A stretch of 32,000 bases of DNA, taken from contig NZ_CP046579.1 in the NCBI RefSeq assembly GCF_013365475.1, positions 570,001-602,000 of the forward strand, written 5' to 3'. Source of the stretch: Candidatus Saccharimonadota bacterium. Its GTDB lineage: Bacteria > Pseudomonadota > Alphaproteobacteria > Rickettsiales > Anaplasmataceae. The notes below the pieces were generated by a model that had not been told where the DNA came from, ran no database searches, and saw only the letters and a list, made by a program, of their open reading frames with translations. The position numbers and the translations under genes are program-made. Below are positions 27,253 to 32,000 of this stretch, piece by piece; position 1 is the first letter of the stretch; each line of letters begins with the position of its first letter.

Positions 27253-27610
27253 CTTCCATTATAAGAAACTTATTATACAAAAAATCTATTAGATACAATC
27301 AAATTACTTTGAAGACATACATAGAATGTATCTCATTGATACATCAAGAATCACCATTACTGGGTAAAAATGTACCTCTCAACCCAAAATATGTACATAT
27401 ATTCATTCAAGGATACTGATAGTTTAAGCATATACATTCTCCAATTTTCCATATCACCTACTCTCTCGAGTAATTATATCCGATGAACTAATCTAAAGCT
27501 TGAGTTCAATATCTGACAACAAGACTACTGAAACACAAGGTATTTATAAAAAATGACCAATAACCACACTAATCTTCCTAGATTTCTGGGTAAGTAAAAT
27601 AAATCATTTA

Positions 27611-27865
27611 TTACTTCACATCAAGAGGGGGAGTAAAGAATTTAATACATAGTAATTTGAACATTATAATAGATAAAACGAATGTAATAACTAATATAGG
27701 GAAGTAGTGGTAAGTATTATAAAAATTATAGAATATAGTGCATATTTTGTACTTTTTAAGTTCCACTACTAGTGGATTAAATGAACATATAATAGTGAAA
27801 GATATAAAACTAAGAAAACCTAGGTATACTAGGAGTAACATGCAAATTATAAGATGACAAGACAA
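27611..27865 (-). CDS. Hypothetical small membrane protein (speculative; TTG start)
   Basis: 84-aa ORF with two hydrophobic stretches (LLLVYLGFLSFISFTIICSF and YFPILVITFVLSIIMFKLLCI) in the middle of a 1.1-kb spacer. It has no recognisable family, and its composition could simply reflect T-rich DNA. Confidence 0.2.
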   Translation of the reverse strand: MSCHLIICMLLLVYLGFLSFISFTIICSFNPLVVELKKYKICTIFYNFYNTYHYFPILVITFVLSIIMFKLLCIKFFTPPLDVK

Positions 27866-28382
27866 ATAATTGCTTAATTACTGCTTTTAGCAGTAAATTT
27901 AAATATATAGTCTGTTTTACTCACCTTAAAAGGGTTTTATAGAACTACTCCAGAAAGTCCCTAACAGATAGAATAACATAACTATCATATCATTTCACTT
28001 TCTTCTCATATAATATAACCTACACACTTTAATTATATTCTTGCTGATTTTGCTACACAGCAAGAAAGTAGCAGATAGTCTAGTTCATCCTCCTATTCTG
28101 GAACTAGCATTTTTTGCTATTTTAAGTGCTTTCTAATCAAGTTCCAAATTTATACAGAAAAAGCTTAGAAATGCTGTAACCCATAAATGTACATGTAGTA
28201 TAAAAATTGAATATACGATACTAATTAGACATAATTTTTATTATTTTATCGTCAAGACTAAAGATAATCAAATGATTTTCTTTTTATGGTAAGAAAGATC
28301 AATCAACTTATTAAATAGTTCTTACTTCTATTTTATAACTACTTTAAACTTATCATCGTACTATTAAAGTTGCATAATAGGT

Positions 28383-30842
28383 CTAATGCTTCAGTGTTTC
28401 TAACTCAGAAAAGCTATCGTCTCTATTTTTTATAGAAGAGAATGATGCACTGTTGTCAGTATCGTCTCCTATTGGGATAGTAGATCTTGTCAAAGCAGCC
28501 TTTATCACCTCATCAATATTCTTAACAAGAACTATATTAACCTTTTCCTTAATATTTGATGGAATTTCCTGTATATCCTTTTCGTTCTCGCTAGGTATAA
28601 CCACAGTCTTGATTGCTCCCCTAAGGGCTGCAAGTAACTTTTCTCTCAAGCCACCAATAGCTAAAACTCTACCACGTAATGTTACCTCACCGGTCATAGC
28701 AACACCCTTATCAACTGGTATACCTGTCATAAGAGAAACAATAGACGTACATACCGCACTACCAGCAGAAGGTCCATCCTTTGGTACAGCACCTTCAGGT
28801 ATATGCAAATGTATATCATTACTTTGAAATTTTTCAGGTTCTATTCCAAAAGATAAACAACTTGATCTAATATAACTATACGCAGCCTTTATAGATTCTT
28901 GCATTACCTCCCCAAGCTTTCCTGTATATTTTATTTCACCTTTACCAGGAATCATAACTGACTCTATCATTAAAATATCACCACCTGTTTCAGTGTAAGC
29001 AAGACCAGTTACTACTCCTACTAGATTCTTATTTTCTGCAATACCAAAAGTATATTTACGCACCCCCAAATAATCTTGTAGGTTATCAACTCCTATAGAT
29101 ATTTTCTCACTTTTATCAGTTAATATTTTTTTGACTGCTTTTCTCATAAGCTTTGCAAGCTCTCTTTCCATACTACGAACACCACTCTCACGTGTATATA
29201 AGCGTATTAACCCATACAGTGCTTCATCAGTTATACACCACTCCTTTTGACGCAAACCATGCTCTTTCCTTAATTTAGGAATCAGATAATACCTAGCGAT
29301 ATTAACCTTTTCATCTTCAGTATAACCAGACAATTGTATAATTTCCATCCTATCACGTAAAGGATATGGCAAGCTTAAGCTATTTGCCGTAGCTACAAAC
29401 ATTACACTTGAAAGATCAAACTCAACTTCTAGATAATGGTCCATAAAGTGCTTATTGTGTTCTGTATCTAGAACCTCAAGCAATGCAGACGCAGGATCAT
29501 CACGCGAATCAGAACCCATCTTATCTATCTCATCAAGTAAAAAAAGAGGATTGCACGAATTAGCTTTTTTCATGTGTTGAATGATTTTACCAGGCATTGA
29601 CCCAATATAAGTTTTTCTATGGCCACGTATTTCAGATTCATCACGTACACCCCCAAGAGCAATACGGACGAAATTCCTCCCCACTGCTCTTGCTATAGAT
29701 TTTGCTAAAGAAGTTTTTCCAACACCAGGGGGACCAACTAAGCAAAGTACAGGACCTTTTATCTCTCTTACTCTCTTTAATACCGCTAAAAATTCTACTA
29801 TCCTGTCTTTTACCTTCTCTATGCCATAATGATTTTCATCTAATATCTTCTTAGCTATATTTAAGTTAATTTTTGCATCCCTATATTTCCCCCACGGTAG
29901 ATCAAGTAACCAATATAGATAATTCGATATAACTGTAGCTTCAGGAGAGACTGGATTCATTTTCCTATATCTTTTTAATTCAGCTAGAGCTTTCTCCTTT
30001 GCCTCCTGAGAAAGCTTTGTTTCATCTATCTTTTTCTCAAATTCATTTACTGAATTTCCTTCTTCTCCATTCTCAAATTCACCCAATTCTTTTTGAATCG
30101 CCTTCAATTGTTCATTAAGATAGTAGGCTTTCTGAGTGCTCTCAACTTGAGACTTGATCGTTTTACACAAACGGTTTTGCGCATCCAGGATGCTTATTTC
30201 TCTTTCAATAAAAGTGAAAGTTTTTCTTAAACGCTCTATTGGACCGTAAGTTTCAAGTATGCTTTGCTTATCGGATGCTTTTACACTCAAACACGAAACT
30301 ATTGTATCTACAAGCTGATCAAGCTTTTTGATTTGTTCAATAGGGTTAACAACAACTTCAGGGTGGTTTTTCTTATTTAGCTTACACCAACTATCAAATG
30401 CGCTTATAACAGATCGCCTTAAAGCCTCTAGATCAACATTATCCTCACCTTCCTCACACTCATAATAACTACCTAACTCTACCTTAGCCTGTAATAAAGT
30501 ATGGGAGCTAATATACTCTAAAACTCTCCCTCTGTTTACTCCTTGAACTACAACCTTTACTGCATTATCGGGTAGTTTTATTAACGATTGTACAATATTT
30601 GCTAGTACACCTACCTCATAAAGGTCTTGTGGTTCGGGGTTGTCAATAGAACCATCTCGTTGTGTTACAAGAAAAATCTCATTTTGACGATTACTATTAT
30701 CAATTGCACACTCTAATGCATTGATAGATTTTTCCCTACCTATAAATAAAGGAACAACCATGCTTGGAAAAATTACTACATCCCTTAAAGGTAACACTGG
30801 TAACGTAACAAAACTAGAATCCATAGCACACTCAACGCTCAT
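28383..30842 (-). CDS. lon: ATP-dependent Lon protease (LonA)
   Basis: 819 aa. The N-domain begins LPVLPLRDVVIFP. Walker A GPPGVGKTS, Walker B FLLDEIDK, protease Ser in PKDGPSAG and Lys in the GEVTLRGRVLAIGGLREK region. It lies 14 nt downstream of clpX. Confidence 0.97.
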   Translation of the reverse strand: MSVECAMDSSFVTLPVLPLRDVVIFPSMVVPLFIGREKSINALECAIDNSNRQNEIFLVTQRDGSIDNPEPQDLYEVGVLANIVQSLIKLPDNAVKVVVQGVNRGRVLEYISSHTLLQAKVELGSYYECEEGEDNVDLEALRRSVISAFDSWCKLNKKNHPEVVVNPIEQIKKLDQLVDTIVSCLSVKASDKQSILETYGPIERLRKTFTFIEREISILDAQNRLCKTIKSQVESTQKAYYLNEQLKAIQKELGEFENGEEGNSVNEFEKKIDETKLSQEAKEKALAELKRYRKMNPVSPEATVISNYLYWLLDLPWGKYRDAKINLNIAKKILDENHYGIEKVKDRIVEFLAVLKRVREIKGPVLCLVGPPGVGKTSLAKSIARAVGRNFVRIALGGVRDESEIRGHRKTYIGSMPGKIIQHMKKANSCNPLFLLDEIDKMGSDSRDDPASALLEVLDTEHNKHFMDHYLEVEFDLSSVMFVATANSLSLPYPLRDRMEIIQLSGYTEDEKVNIARYYLIPKLRKEHGLRQKEWCITDEALYGLIRLYTRESGVRSMERELAKLMRKAVKKILTDKSEKISIGVDNLQDYLGVRKYTFGIAENKNLVGVVTGLAYTETGGDILMIESVMIPGKGEIKYTGKLGEVMQESIKAAYSYIRSSCLSFGIEPEKFQSNDIHLHIPEGAVPKDGPSAGSAVCTSIVSLMTGIPVDKGVAMTGEVTLRGRVLAIGGLREKLLAALRGAIKTVVIPSENEKDIQEIPSNIKEKVNIVLVKNIDEVIKAALTRSTIPIGDDTDNSASFSSIKNRDDSFSELETLKH

Positions 30843-30856
30843 ACATATGCTCCAAA

Positions 30857-32000
30857 TTAATCATTAACTGTTATAACAGTACCTTTCTCACTGCGATTAA
30901 TCACTACTTTTCCCAGTTCTACCATTTCCTTAGTGACAACTATTGTACTACCTTCAAGACCTCCATTTCCAGCTGTATACATAACATCTAGCAAAAGTGA
31001 CTCTAAAATAGCACGTAACATTCTTGCACCTGTTTTATAACTCATAGCTTTTTCAGCAATAGCTGATATCGCTTCATCTGTAAACTCAAGGTTCACCTTG
31101 CTGAACGCAAGCAATGCCTTATATTGTTTTATTAGTGCGTTTCTTGGCTCTATTAATACATGCACTAGATCCTCATGATCTAACTCATCTAAAACAGCAG
31201 TTACCTGAACTCGACCTACAAACTCTGGTATTAAACCAAATTTGATTAAATCTTCGGGCTGAACATCATGTAAAACATTCTTTTTTCTTTGCTCTCTAGA
31301 CTGACTTATGTCAGCTCCAAAGCCAACTGATGTTCCTCTTTTTCTTGCTTCAATGATCTTATCTAGACCCTCAAAAGCTCCCCCGCAGATAAATAATATA
31401 TTATTAGTATCTACTTGTATAAGTTCTTGTTGTGGATGTTTACGTCCACCATGCGGTGGCACATAAGCAACCGTGCCCTCCATAATTTTAAGAAGTGCCT
31501 GCTGCACCCCTTCACCAGAAACATCTCGCGTTATTGAAGTGCTCTCAGACTTTCTAGTGATCTTATCTATTTCATCTATAAACACTATACCACGCTGTGC
31601 TTTTGCAACATCATAATTTGCAGCTTGCAATAAACGTGACAACACGCTTTCCACATCATCACCTACATAACCTGCTTCTGTTAAAGTTGTCGCATCAGCC
31701 ATAGCAAATGGCACATCTGAAACTTTAGCAAGTGTTTTAGCTAGCAAGGTTTTACCAGAACCAGTAGGACCAATAAGCATTACATTAGACTTTTCAATCT
31801 CAACTTCACTTATAGAGTGAATCTGCGCCATAGATTGACAATGGTTATACATAGCCACAGATAAAACATGTTGCGCATGTTCTTGACCCACAACATGTTT
31901 GCTGAGAAAATTCTTTATGTCTTCAGGCTTTTTTAATAATAACTTCACATCTGATATATAATCTGAGTTAAAAGGTCCACTTTTCTTTTGATTTATTGCC
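30857..32000 (-). CDS. clpX: ATP-dependent Clp protease ATP-binding subunit ClpX; the N-terminus (zinc-binding domain) lies beyond the right edge
   Basis: The reading frame stays open upstream of the track start (GTG 31948): ...[42 protein letters not shown]. Walker [12 protein letters not shown], Walker [10 protein letters not shown], and LIPEFVGRV. Confidence 0.96.
   Translation of the reverse strand, partial: AINQKKSGPFNSDYISDVKLLLKKPEDIKNFLSKHVVGQEHAQHVLSVAMYNHCQSMAQIHSISEVEIEKSNVMLIGPTGSGKTLLAKTLAKVSDVPFAMADATTLTEAGYVGDDVESVLSRLLQAANYDVAKAQRGIVFIDEIDKITRKSESTSITRDVSGEGVQQALLKIMEGTVAYVPPHGGRKHPQQELIQVDTNNILFICGGAFEGLDKIIEARKRGTSVGFGADISQSREQRKKNVLHDVQPEDLIKFGLIPEFVGRVQVTAVLDELDHEDLVHVLIEPRNALIKQYKALLAFSKVNLEFTDEAISAIAEKAMSYKTGARMLRAILESLLLDVMYTAGNGGLEGSTIVVTKEMVELGKVVINRSEKGTVITVND

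Noticed and set aside
27953-27960. GAAAGTCC, reminiscent of the RNase P RNA conserved GGAAAGUCCGG core
   Set aside because: Only an 8-mer matches, which is expected about once by chance in 64 kb of two-strand sequence. None of the flanking conserved RNase P helices or the ACAGAA-type elements are present in a proper arrangement.
28040-28073. Nested complementary arms (CTTGCTG/CAGCAAG and TGCTAC/GTAGCA) with pseudoknot-like topology downstream of lon
   Set aside because: The stems are only 6-7 bp, there is no T-run, and I cannot assess conservation. This is too weak for a structural RNA or terminator call.
1-32000. A search for CRISPR arrays, IS elements or transposases, integrase-flanked islands, phage genes, defence systems and long tandem repeats
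   Set aside because: I found no regularly spaced direct repeats, no transposase or phage-like ORFs, and no tandem repeats longer than about 12 nt. The only recombinase is chromosomal XerD, which sits in housekeeping context. The tRNA is not flanked by an integrase or a duplicated attachment-like sequence that I could see.

Overview
This is an AT-rich 32-kb chromosomal segment. From the protein sequences, the gene repertoire and the long gene-free spacers, I infer an obligate-intracellular alphaproteobacterium of the Rickettsiales, family Anaplasmataceae, probably Ehrlichia-like. I support 27 protein genes, almost all housekeeping: dnaK (partial), rne, rpmG, an XRE-type HTH gene, purB, rpsF-rpsR-rplI, dnaE, an SDR/epimerase-like gene, a carboxylesterase, an NDUFS4-like complex I subunit, a nitroreductase, dapF, rpsU-sucC-sucD, secB, a Tim44-like gene, dnaQ, SCO1/SenC, rpsT, plsC, xerD, hda, lon and clpX (partial). 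I also call one tRNA(CAT), one decayed citrate synthase pseudogene, three candidate promoters and two low-confidence small membrane ORFs. By my own calls about three quarters of the window is coding. The rest sits in four large ORF-poor spacers (about 1.2, 2.35, 0.85 and 1.1 kb). I found no CRISPR array, IS or transposon, phage, defence, secretion or biosynthetic cluster, and I cannot support a novel multi-gene system here. The observations most worth a second look are: (1) ribosomal protein S6 with an in-frame insertion of about 145 residues; (2) a frameshifted, internally deleted and truncated gltA relic between SCO1 and rpsT; (3) the long spacers next to overlapping or abutting genes; (4) a shared C-N2-TGATA-N8-TATCA-N2-G palindrome about 50 nt upstream of both dnaE and dapF; (5) the purB stop codon sharing its last base with nucleotide +1 of a tRNA; (6) an orphan XRE regulator directly after rpmG. 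All homology statements come from my reading of the translations against remembered family motifs. No database search was run.
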